DNA of 64,000 nt, taken from positions 352,001-416,000 of the forward strand of contig CAVYBH010000012.1 of the NCBI GenBank assembly GCA_963766715.1. The letters are read 5' to 3'. This document shows, one piece after another, positions 41,066-51,433 of the stretch. Positions within the stretch are counted from its first letter, which is position 1. Each line of letters begins with the position of its first letter. A program made the translations under genes and the position numbers. A model generated the notes under the pieces. The model saw only the letters and a program-made list of their open reading frames with translations. It did no database searches and was not told where the DNA came from. The stretch is from an uncultured delta proteobacterium. Lineage in GTDB: Bacteria > Myxococcota > Myxococcia > Myxococcales > Anaeromyxobacteraceae.

Positions 41066-41953
41066 TCAGGCCCAGTCGCGAGGCGTCCGGATCACCTCGA
41101 GCAACCGCGCCTCCGGGCTGCCGGGCTCCGGCTGGTGGTCGTAGCGCCAGCGCACCACCGGGGGAAGCGACATCAGGATCGACTCGGTCCGGCCGCCGGT
41201 CTCGAGCCCGAACACGGTGCCCCGGTCGTGGAGGAGGTTGAACTCGACGTACCGCCCGCGCCGGATCTCCTGCCAGATCCGCTCCGGCTCGCCGAACGGG
41301 AGGTCCCGTCGCCGCTCCACGATGGGCAGGTAGGCCCGCGAGAAGCTGCGCCCGACGTCCTCCACGAAGGCCAGCTCCCTCCACGGGTCGCCGCCCAGGT
41401 CCTCGAAGAAGATCCCGCCCACGCCCCGGTGCTCGGCCCGGTGGGGCAGGTAGAAGTACTCGTCGCAGGTGCGCTTGAAGCCCGCGTAGCTGCCCGGCCG
41501 GTAGCGCTCGCAGGCCCCCCGGAGCTCGGAGTGGAAGTGGGCCGCGTCCTCCTCGAAGAGGTAGTAGGGGGTCAGGTCGGCGCCCCCGCCGAACCAGGCC
41601 TTCGAGCCGCGGGCCAGGAGCCGGACGTTGGCGTGCGTGGTCGGCACCCAGGGATTCCGGGGGTGGAGCACCAGCGAGATCCCCACGGCGGCGAACTCGT
41701 CGCCGTCGCCGGGGAGGCGAGCCGCCATCCGGGGAGGGACCTTGCCGTGGACGCGGGACACGTTGACGCCGGCCTTCTCGAGCAGGGCGCCGTCGGCCAG
41801 CACGCGGGTGAGTCCGCCTCCGCCTCCGGGGCGCTCCCAGGCGTCCCGCAGGAACCGGGCGCCGCCGTCGATCGCCTCGAGCTCGGCGGTGATCCGCTCC
41901 TGGAGGGCGCGGACCATGACCTCCATCTCGTCCACCAGTCGCGCGTGCTCCAT
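41066..41953 (-). CDS. hemF: Oxygen-dependent coproporphyrinogen III oxidase
   Basis: EKAGVN, HPRNP.VPTTHAN, WFGGGADLTP, RRGRYVEFNL, RTESILMSLPP. Confidence 0.95.
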   Translation of the reverse strand: MEHARLVDEMEVMVRALQERITAELEAIDGGARFLRDAWERPGGGGGLTRVLADGALLEKAGVNVSRVHGKVPPRMAARLPGDGDEFAAVGISLVLHPRNPWVPTTHANVRLLARGSKAWFGGGADLTPYYLFEEDAAHFHSELRGACERYRPGSYAGFKRTCDEYFYLPHRAEHRGVGGIFFEDLGGDPWRELAFVEDVGRSFSRAYLPIVERRRDLPFGEPERIWQEIRRGRYVEFNLLHDRGTVFGLETGGRTESILMSLPPVVRWRYDHQPEPGSPEARLLEVIRTPRDWA

Positions 41954-41967
41954 GTTCCTCCCCGGAC

Positions 41968-42819
41968 TCAGGCAAAGACGATGGTCTTGTTCCCGTGCAC
42001 GAGCACCCGGTCCTCGCAGTGCCAGCGGACGGCCCGGAAGAGCACCCGGCGCTCCAGGTCGCGGCCGAGCGCCCGCAGATCCTCGACCGAGTCGCGGTGG
42101 CTGACGCGGGCCACGTCCTGATCGATGATCGGCCCGGCGTCGAGCTCGGCGGTGACGTAGTGGGCCGTGGCCCCCACGATCTTCACCCCGCGGTCGTAGG
42201 CCTGGCGATACGGGTCGGCGCCGGCGAAGGCCGGGAGGAAGGAGTGGTGGATGTTGATGATCCTCCCGGCGAAGCGCTCCACGAACGAGGCCGAGAGCAC
42301 CTGCATGTAGCGCGCGAGCACGACCAGGTCGGCCTTCTCCTCGAGCACCGCGAGCATCCGGGCCTCGGCCTCCGCGCGGATGGCGGGCGCGTTGGGCACG
42401 TGGAGGAAGGGGACGCCGAAGGACTCGACCGACGGACCCAGGTCCGGGTGGTTGGAGAGGACGAGCGGGATGTCGGCGCGGAGATCCCCCCGGCGCCAGT
42501 TCCAGAGCAGGTCGAGCAGCGCGTGATCGTGGCGCGAGACCAGCACGGCCACGCGACGGCGGTCGCCGTGGCTGGCGAGCCGCCACGCCATGCCCATCCG
42601 CTCCCCCACCTCCGCGGCGAAGAGCCGTCCCAGCTCGTCCAGGGGCACGTCGAGCCCGCCGGTCTGGAACTCCAGCCTCATGAAGTAGCTGCCAGGCGCC
42701 TCCTCGGTGGAGTGCTGGTCCAGGTCCACCACGTTGGCGCCGTGGCGGAAGAGGAAGGTGGAGACGGCCGCGACGATTCCGGGCCGGTCGGGACAGCGGA
42801 TGAGGAGGACCGCGTGCAT
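41968..42819 (-). CDS. purU: Formyltetrahydrofolate deformylase
   Basis: CPDRPGIVA ACT domain, LARYMQVLS, INIHHSFLP, GATAHYVT. Confidence 0.95.
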   Translation of the reverse strand: MHAVLLIRCPDRPGIVAAVSTFLFRHGANVVDLDQHSTEEAPGSYFMRLEFQTGGLDVPLDELGRLFAAEVGERMGMAWRLASHGDRRRVAVLVSRHDHALLDLLWNWRRGDLRADIPLVLSNHPDLGPSVESFGVPFLHVPNAPAIRAEAEARMLAVLEEKADLVVLARYMQVLSASFVERFAGRIINIHHSFLPAFAGADPYRQAYDRGVKIVGATAHYVTAELDAGPIIDQDVARVSHRDSVEDLRALGRDLERRVLFRAVRWHCEDRVLVHGNKTIVFA

Positions 42820-43103
42820 GCCGCCCTCTCTACCGCGCCCGGGCGCTCCGGGGAACCTGCTGGGTCGGGTTGATTCGGGACAATGGACGTTTACGGCGAG
42901 GGGAGTAGGGTGACCCGAAGTTTCACACGCGGGGAGGTCAGGGGTGCGGGAGGGGTCGTCGAGCGATTCGGGCGGAGGCGGGGAGTCGTCGCCTTCCGTG
43001 CCGGCGAGAGTCGGGTCCGGGGAACGGGCAGCCGAGGCGGCACGACCACGCCGCGCTCGACTCGATCCCGTGGCGCGACCGGCTCTCCACCCAGCTCCTG
43101 GCC

Positions 43104-44644
43104 GTGGCCGGCGCCCTGATGCTGGCCGCGATCGCGGCCTTCGCCTTCGTGGAGATGGCCATCGCCCGGCAGCGCCTGGCCGGGGTGAACGCCTCCACCG
43201 CGCTCCTCAGCGAGACCATCTCGGCCTCGGTTCGCCACGCCATGATGCGGGACGAGCGCGGCGAGGCCTACGCCATCATCGACAACATCGGGCGCCAGTC
43301 CCAGATCGCCCACATCCGCATCATCAACAAGGAGGGGCGGATCACCTTCTCCACCGTCCCGGGCGAGAAGGGGACGCTCGTCGACAAGCGGGCCGAGGGG
43401 TGCCGCGCCTGCCACGAGGGGGAGAACGAGAGCCTCACGGTCCCGGTCGACGCCCTTCGCGCCCGGATCTACGAAGGGCGGGGCGGGCGGGTGCTCTCCA
43501 CGGTGACGCCCTTCCGGACCAGTCCCGATTGCACGACGAGCGCCTGCCACGTGCACCCCAGGGAGAAGACGGTGCTCGGGGTCCTCGACGTGGGCGTCTC
43601 GCTCGCCCCGGTCGACCGCGACCTGGCGTCCTTCCGGCGGGTCAGCCTCATCGTCACCGCCATCCTCGCCCTGCTGCTCGGTGCGTTCTTCTGGTACGTG
43701 GCCAACCACCGGGTGGTCCGTCCGGTGGAGGCGCTCGTGCAGGCCACGCGCCGGGTGGCCCACGACGAGCTCGACACCGAGATCCACATCGACGCCAAGG
43801 GCGAGCTGGGCCTGCTGGCGGCCTCGTTCAACGAGATGATCCGCTCGCTGCGGCGGGTGGAGGGAGAGCTCCGCCTGCTCACCGAGCAGCTGGAGGAGAA
43901 GGTCGAGGAGCGCACCGGCGAGCTCCGGGCCGCCCAGGACACGCTCGTGCGCACCGAGAAGCTCTCCTCCTGGGCAAGCTCTCCGCCTCCATCGCCCACG
44001 AGATCAACAACCCGCTGGCGGGCATCCTCACCTTCGCGAAGCTCATGATCCGGACCATCGAGCACGGACCGGTGGGCGAGGCCGAGCGGCGCACGCTGGT
44101 GAAGCAGCTGGCGCTGGTGCAGCGGGAGACCGAGCGCTGCACGGCCATCGTCCGCAACCTCCTCGACTTCGCGCGGGAGCGTCCGCTGCAGCTCAAGGAC
44201 GTGGACGTGAACCAGGTGGTGGACGAGGTCTTCTCCCTGGTGGCGAACCAGACCGCCATCCTCGGGGTGCAGGTGGAGAAGGACCTGGCCAAGGTCCCGA
44301 TGGTGGACGCCGACTTCGGGCAGCTCCGCCAGGCCTTCATCAACATCGTGATCAACGGCATCGAGGCCATGGGCAAGGGGGGGCACCTCCGGGTCGCCAC
44401 CCGGCCCCTGCCCGAGGAGGACGCCGTCGAGATCACCTTCCAGGACGACGGGCCCGGCATCCCGCCCGAGCTGATGCAGAAGATCTTCGATCCCTTCTTC
44501 ACGACGAAGGAGAAGGGCACCGGGCTGGGACTGTCGGTCGTCTACGGCATCGTCGACCGCCACAAGGGACGCGTTTCGGTGGAGAGCGAGCCGGGCAAGG
44601 GCACACGCTTCACCATCCAGCTCCCGGCGGCGCGCGGGTCGTGA
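43104..44644 (+). CDS. Sensor histidine kinase with periplasmic heme-c motifs and HAMP (frameshift near 43968; start uncertain)
   Basis: CRACH and CTTSACH between two TM helices; IAHEINNPL, DPFFTTK, GTGLGL. Confidence 0.9.
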
Positions 44645-44645
44645 C

Positions 44646-45175
44646 GTGGAGGCCATACACCTTTGGTGGATCGGTGAGAAGGATCCCGGCCTCAGGACGC
44701 TCGAGCACGTCCGCCTGCACCTGGAGCGCGCCCTGGGCGCGCCGGCGCGCATCTGGGACGACCCCGAGCGGCCGCCCGACGCCTACGACCACCGGCGGAA
44801 GCAGTGGTCCACGGCGCGGATCCTGGCATGGCTCGGGAAGGCCGGGCCTCCCGGCAAGGTGCTCGCCGTGACCGACCAGGACCTCTTCATCCCCATCCTC
44901 ACGTTCGTCTTCGGCGAGGCCCAGCTCAACGGAAGGGCGGCGGTGGTCTCCACCGCCCGGCTCGGGGAGCCCGGGCTTCCCGATCCCCGCGTGGCGCTCG
45001 AGCGGCTCGCCAAGGAGAGCGTCCACGAGATGGGGCATTGCTTCGGGCTCGTCCACTGCGACAGCCCGGGGTGCGTCATGGGGCGCTCGCCGAGCGCCCG
45101 GGACGTCGACAAGAAGCGCGGAGAGTTCTGCACCCGGTGTCGAGGCCGCATCATGCGGAGCGGGGGAGAGGGTCA

Positions 45176-45179
<4 letters not shown>
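44646..45179 (+). CDS. Archaemetzincin-family (M54) Zn metalloprotease
   Basis: FVFGEA, HEMGHCFGLVHC (HExxHxxGxxHC), CVM Met-turn, FCTRC. Confidence 0.88.
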
Positions 45180-46561
<1,382 letters not shown>

Positions 46562-46655
46562 CCTCCGGGCCTCGCGGTTTCCGTGCGGCGCGGCCGGCAT
46601 CGGCCCGCGCCGCTCTCCCTTTTTGCTCCGTGAAGTCGGGCGGCACCCTGCCGGG

Positions 46656-46787
46656 TGCCGAGAATTTCGACGCATGGTGAGATTCCAAACAACCCCGAAG
46701 GATCGACACAAAACCCTGCGATACCGGCCCGTTGAGCTTCCCGGCGGCGCGTCCGGGGCCGTTGAGGAATTCTTCGAGCGACCCATT
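46656..46787 (+). promoter_or_regulatory. Candidate enhancer (bEBP-binding) sites upstream of the sigma54 promoter
   Basis: Degenerate TGTCGA-N4/5-TCGACA-like units (tgccga-gaatt-tcgacg; ccccga-agga-tcgaca) and two ccgttgag half-sites ~100-220 bp upstream of the -24 element. Confidence 0.35.
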
Positions 46788-46876
46788 CGGGACGAAGGGC
46801 GCGATTTCGCCGGGGCCTCTCGTAACCCTCGGTGAACTGCGGGGAAATCCGGGCCTCCAGCCGCGGCCGCCCACTC

Positions 46877-46891
46877 TGGCCCACCCCTTGC
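46877..46891 (+). promoter_or_regulatory. Sigma54 (-24/-12) promoter of the redox operon
   Basis: TGGCCCACCCCTTGC: GG-N10-GC, 25 bp before the ATG at 46916, right after a bEBP gene. Confidence 0.75.
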
Positions 46892-46915
46892 GAAGGGAGA
46901 AGGGGAGGAGGCCGC

Positions 46916-47140
46916 ATGACTTGCCCGTACCTCACCGAAGTGACGATGGTCTTCTGCCAGGCATCTCCGCAGAAGAAGCTCATCCCCAGCGACCGGATCA
47001 GCACGGCGTCGGCCTGCGAGGGAGACGCCTTCAACGGCTGCGCCCTGTACCGCGAGGCCCTGGCCCGAGCCCTCCACACCATCGAAGAGCTCGAGACCGA
47101 GATCAAGGCCTCGACGGAGAAGAAGGGGGCGCACTCGTGA
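46916..47140 (+). CDS. Small Cys4 protein (74 aa), unknown function
   Basis: GGAGGAGG RBS; MTCPYL..FC..SAC..GCALY with a C-terminal coiled-coil-like tail. Confidence 0.75.
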   Translation: MTCPYLTEVTMVFCQASPQKKLIPSDRISTASACEGDAFNGCALYREALARALHTIEELETEIKASTEKKGAHS

Positions 47141-47205
47141 TCGCCGCCACCGCCCTCGCAGCCGCTGGACTGGTCGTCGTCGGATTCATCAACTGCATCC
47201 CCTGA
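47137..47205 (+). CDS. Putative 22-aa hydrophobic micropeptide
   Basis: GTG overlaps the previous TGA (GTGA), purine-rich RBS; MIAATALAAAGLVVVGFINCIP*. Confidence 0.45.
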   Translation: MIAATALAAAGLVVVGFINCIP

Positions 47206-47231
47206 CCAAAGCGAAGCACGGAGAGAACACC

Positions 47232-48146
47232 ATGAAGCTCGGCAGACGAACCTTCCTGCAGATCGCCGGCGCAACGGGAACCGCGGCACTCGTCACCCTC
47301 CCGGGGCGGGCGCAGGCGAACGGCACCATTCCCATCGCCGGCGAGGACGAGAGCTCCGTCCTCGTCGACACCACCAAGTGCGTCGGCTGCCGCGGCTGCG
47401 AGGCCGCCTGCGCCGAGGCCAACAAGCTGCCCGACCCGCCCACCGACGGCGCGGCCTTCGCGGCCATGCGCCCCACCGGTCCCGACTGCTTCACCGTCGT
47501 GAACCGGACCGAGAAGCGGGACGGCACGCCGCGGTACGTGAAGCGCCAGTGCATGCACTGCGTCGAGCCGGCCTGCGCCTCGGCCTGCCCGGTCCGCGCG
47601 CTCGACAAGCAGGCCACCGGCCCGGTGTCCTACGACGGCAGCAAGTGCATGGGCTGCCGCTACTGCATGGTCGCCTGCCCGTTCTCGGTGCCCAAGTACG
47701 AGTACAACTCGGCGCTGCCGGTGGTCCGCAAGTGCACGTTCTGTGCGGGCCGCCAGGCCGAGGGCAAGCGCCCCGCCTGCATCGGCGTCTGCCCGAGCGG
47801 CGCGCTCACCTACGGGACGCGCGGCCGGATGGTCGAGGAGGCGCGGCGCCGGGTGTACGGCAACCCGGACAAGTACACGCAGCACATCTACGGCGAGCAC
47901 GAGGCCGGCGGGACGAACTGGCTCTACATCACGGACGTCCCGTTCGAGAAGCTCGGGTTCGAGGTCGCCGTCAACGACAACTCCTACCCGAAGCTGGTCA
48001 AGGGCGCGCTCGGCGTGCCGCCGGTGGTCATGACGCTGTGGCCGCCGCTCCTGATGGGGCTCTGGGCGTTCTCACACCGCGACAAGAGCAAGTCGCACGA
48101 CACCGATCACGGCGGCGGCAAGGCCGACGGAGGCAACCATGTCTAG
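47232..48146 (+). CDS. Tat-exported 4x[4Fe-4S] protein (HybA/HmcB/NrfC-like) with C-terminal TM anchor
   Basis: GRRTFLQ Tat motif; CVGCRGCEAAC, CMHCVEPAC, CMGCRYCMVACP, CTFC..PACIGVCP; YGEHEAGGT. Confidence 0.92.
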   Translation: MKLGRRTFLQIAGATGTAALVTLPGRAQANGTIPIAGEDESSVLVDTTKCVGCRGCEAACAEANKLPDPPTDGAAFAAMRPTGPDCFTVVNRTEKRDGTPRYVKRQCMHCVEPACASACPVRALDKQATGPVSYDGSKCMGCRYCMVACPFSVPKYEYNSALPVVRKCTFCAGRQAEGKRPACIGVCPSGALTYGTRGRMVEEARRRVYGNPDKYTQHIYGEHEAGGTNWLYITDVPFEKLGFEVAVNDNSYPKLVKGALGVPPVVMTLWPPLLMGLWAFSHRDKSKSHDTDHGGGKADGGNHV

Positions 48147-49363
48147 CATCGTGACCACGACCACCCCCGAGCGCTCGGGCGGTTGGGTCCAGGAGCGCAT
48201 CTTCCTCGGCATGACGTTCCGGGAGTACCTGAAGTCCCTCTGGACGCCCTTCAACATCGTCTGCGCGGCCATCCTCGCCGTGGGCCTGCCGGTGATCTTC
48301 TTCCGGTTCTACCTGGGGCTGGGCGCCACCACGAACCTCTCCCAGACCCAGCCGTGGGGTCTCTGGATCGGGTTCGACATGATGACCGGCATCGCGCTGG
48401 CCGCCGGCGGGTTCACCATCGGTGCGACGGTGGAGATCTTCGGGCTCGAGGAGTACCACGCCATCGAGCGGCCGGCGATCCTGACCGGCTTCCTCGGCTA
48501 CATGATGGCGGTCATCGGCCTCATCGCCGACCTGGGCAAGCCCTGGAACATGGTCGGCATCTTCTCCAACAACGGGACGCAGTCGGTCCTCTTCGAGGTC
48601 GCCTGGTGCGTGTGCTGCTACACCACCGTCCTCATGCTGGAGTTCGCCGTGCCGTTCTTCGAGTGGCTGGGCTGGGAGCGCTTCTACCGCCCGCTCAAGA
48701 AGGCGCTGCTCGCCCTCACCGTGCTGTCCGTCATGTTCTCGACCATGCACCAGTCGGCGCTCGGCTCGCTCTTCATCATCGCCCCGGGCAAGCTCCACCC
48801 GCTCTGGTACTCCAGCCAGATCTTCCTGTTCTTCTTCATCAGCGCCATGATCGCCGGCATCTGCATGGTCATCGTGGAGAGCACCATCTCCCACAAGGTC
48901 TTCTCCGAGCAGTTCAAGGGGCAGCACATCGACGTGGAGAAGCTCTCCATCGGCCTGGCCAAGGCCGGCGCGGTGGTGATGTTCGCCTACTTCTTCCTGA
49001 AGCTGCAGGGCGTCATCGACAACCACGCGCTCGGGCTCATCGGAGTCGGCTTCTACGGCAAGTGGTTCCTGGTGGAGATGCTGGGCTTCGTGCTGCTCCC
49101 CTCGCTGCATGTTCGCCTGGGGCGCCCGGAACGAGAAGATCCTCCCGGTGCGCATCGCCGCCATCCTGGGCGTGCTCGGAATCGTCCTCAACCGGCTCAA
49201 CGTCTCGCTCATCGCCTACAACTACAACCAGCCGGTCCGCTACTGGCCCAGCTGGATGGAGGTGTCGGTCTCCCTGATGCTGGTGGTGGTCGGCATCCTG
49301 GCCTTCCGCTGGATCGTGAACCGCATGCCCGTGCTCCGGCCGCTCCCTGGCGCGGAGCACTGA
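48139..49363 (+). CDS. NrfD/PsrC-family integral membrane quinone-interacting subunit (HybB/HmcC-like; frameshift near 49105)
   Basis: PWGLWIGFD, ALAAGGF, DLGKPW, SVLFEVAWC, STMHQSALGSL, KLHPLW. Confidence 0.92.
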
Positions 49364-49370
49364 GGACGCC

Positions 49371-50060
49371 ATGCACGGCAACGAATTCCTGAGCGGGTAC
49401 GCCGCCAAGCTGGTCGAGTACGGGCTGGCGGTCACCTACCTGGTCCTGTTCGTGGGCTTCTGGCGCTACGTGCAGGGCGGCAAGGGGGCCGAGCGGGCGG
49501 TCGAGGTGGCCGAGCCGGAGCAGGCCGTGGCGACCGGGTGGTTCTCGGTGCCCACCGGCGTGGCGCTCCACCCGGGTCACACCTGGGCGCGGATGGAGGC
49601 CGACGGCTCGGTGGCCGTCGGGCTCGACGACCTCGGTCACCGCCTCGTCGGCGACGTGGACCGGGTGACGCTCCCGGCCCGGGGAGCCCGGGTGGAGCAG
49701 GGAGAGCCCGCGGTCTCGCTCGCCGCAGGGGGACGGAGCGTGAAGGTCGTGTCCCCGGTGGACGGGGAGGTCATCGCCTACAACTCCGCCCCGGACACGC
49801 ACGACGACCCGTACGGCCAGGGCTGGCTCTTCCGGGTCCGCCCGGAGAACTGGAAGCGCAGCCGCGCGCAGCTCCTGGAGGGAGCGGCGGCGCGCGAGTG
49901 GCTCGAGGAGCAGGGGCGGCTGCTCGCCTCCCGCCTGGGCTCCGAGCCGGTGCCCGTCCTCCAGGACGGCGGCGCCCCGGTTCACGGCATCGCCCGCGAG
50001 ATCGACCCGGAGCACTGGGACGCCATCGCGCGAGAGTTCTTCCGCACGCAGGAAACCTAG
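49371..50060 (+). CDS. Membrane-anchored GcvH-like protein 1, lipoyl Lys absent
   Basis: N-terminal TM; HPGHTWA, VGLDD, SPVDGEV, DDPYGQGWL; C-terminal LQDGG..W..EFF. Confidence 0.85.
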   Translation: MHGNEFLSGYAAKLVEYGLAVTYLVLFVGFWRYVQGGKGAERAVEVAEPEQAVATGWFSVPTGVALHPGHTWARMEADGSVAVGLDDLGHRLVGDVDRVTLPARGARVEQGEPAVSLAAGGRSVKVVSPVDGEVIAYNSAPDTHDDPYGQGWLFRVRPENWKRSRAQLLEGAAAREWLEEQGRLLASRLGSEPVPVLQDGGAPVHGIAREIDPEHWDAIAREFFRTQET

Positions 50061-50069
50061 GGGACAGAC

Positions 50070-50415
50070 ATGACCATCCAGGGAAAGACGTTCCGCCTCC
50101 TCGCCGTCCTCGCCTCCGCGGTGCTGGCCACCGCGGCGGCCGCCGACGGGCTCGAGAAGCTGCCGCCCGACTACACCTTGCCGCAGTCGGAGGGCAGCCC
50201 GGGCAAGGTGATCTTCAGCCACTCGAGCCACGTCGACGTGAAGGCGCCGGGCTGCACCCGGTGCCACCCCAAGCTCTTCAAGACCCTCGAGAAGGGCGCC
50301 ACGGCCGACGGGCAGCGGATCACGCCACAAGGTCATGGAGGCTGGCGGCCAGTGCGGAGCCTGCCACGGGAAGGCCGCCTTCAACTTCGAGAGCTGCGAC
50401 CTCTGTCACCGGTAG
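50070..50415 (+). CDS. Triheme cytochrome c7-type protein (frameshift near 50325)
   Basis: Signal peptide, VIFSHSSH, CTRCH; CGACH and CDLCH in the shifted frame. Confidence 0.85.
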
Positions 50416-50419
50416 TGTC

Positions 50420-51118
50420 ATGGCCCCGGCGCTCGACCTGCTGACCGCGATGGGCGTCTTCCTGGCCGGGCTCCTCGCCCGGCTGGGAATCGTGGTGGGG
50501 GTCCTGCTCCTCCTGGCGGTGCCGGTGGCCTTGCTGGGCGGCGGCGTGCGGGCCTTCCGCGCGCTGCGGCTCCGGGCGATGGGCTACCGGAGCGCCGGGG
50601 CGCTCCGCTTCCGGGATGGCCTGCGCTACGCGCCGGGCCACACCTGGATCCGGCCGGACGGGCAGCGCTTCCGCGTCGGGCTCGACGACCTCGCCCAGAA
50701 GCTCCTGCCCTGGGCGGTCGCCGTGGAGTTGCCGCGCCCGGGCCAGCCGGTGCAGGCGGGGGAAGCCGTGGCGCGGATCTCCTGCGGTGGCCAGGAGGCG
50801 CGGGTCGCCGCCCCGTTCTCGGGCCGGATCGTCGCGATCAACACCGACGTCCTGGGCGAGCCGACGCTCGTGAAGAGCGAGAGCTACGGCCGGGGCTGGC
50901 TGTTCGCGATCGAGCCGGTCGACGGGGCCTGGAGAGGGTTGCCCGACGGCGAGCGCGCGCGCGGCTGGATGCGCGAGGAGGGCGAGCGGCTGGCGCGCTT
51001 CTACGAGCAGCACCTCGGGTACGCGGCGGCGGACGGGGGCGATCTCGTCGGCCCGCCCGCGTCGCTCCTCGGGGAGTCGGGGTGGAGGGCGCTGACGCGG
51101 GCCTTCCTCCGGACCTGA
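50420..51118 (+). CDS. Membrane-anchored GcvH-like protein 2, lipoyl Lys absent
   Basis: N-terminal TM; YAPGHTWI, VGLDD, APFSGRIVAIN, SYGRGWL; C-terminal AADGG..W..AFL. Confidence 0.85.
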   Translation: MAPALDLLTAMGVFLAGLLARLGIVVGVLLLLAVPVALLGGGVRAFRALRLRAMGYRSAGALRFRDGLRYAPGHTWIRPDGQRFRVGLDDLAQKLLPWAVAVELPRPGQPVQAGEAVARISCGGQEARVAAPFSGRIVAINTDVLGEPTLVKSESYGRGWLFAIEPVDGAWRGLPDGERARGWMREEGERLARFYEQHLGYAAADGGDLVGPPASLLGESGWRALTRAFLRT

Positions 51119-51141
51119 AGACGTTGTGGTGCGGGAGGGGT

Positions 51142-51175
51142 GGGGCGCTCCCGAAAGGGAGCGCCCCTGTTTCTT
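51142..51175 (+). terminator. Rho-independent terminator
   Basis: GGGGCGCTCCC-GAAA-GGGAGCGCCCC perfect 11-bp stem followed by TGTTTCTT. Confidence 0.85.
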
Positions 51176-51433
51176 GCGCAAGCTCGCGCGAATTCCTTGC
51201 GTCGCCGGGCCCGTTCCAGGGTTCCGGCGCGCGGTTCGTGCGTCTTGGGGCACCAGGCCCAAGTCGACTGGATGGGTCCATGAAGAAAACCGAATTTGCT
51301 CGGCAAAATCATGGCTGTCGACGATCGTTACCCTGGCTTGGCGCCGAGGGATCTGCTACAGGCGTCGAGGCCGAACCGACGGTCCGTCGTCCATGCATCC
51401 CGGATGGGCGTGCGAGACCAGGGGGTAATCGTG

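Noticed and set aside
47232..49363. Calling the locus hydrogenase-2 (hybAB)
   Set aside because: No NiFe small or large subunit and no hyp maturation genes in the operon or window
49737..49745. SVK in GcvH-like 1 as a lipoylation site
   Set aside because: It lies four residues C-terminal of the hairpin position (register fixed by GE... and SPVDG), lacks the preceding Glu and is absent in paralogue 2
49371..51118. Glycine cleavage system or sHdr-LbpA sulfur oxidation system
   Set aside because: No gcvP/T/L, shdr or lipoate ligase genes, and the lipoyl Lys is missing
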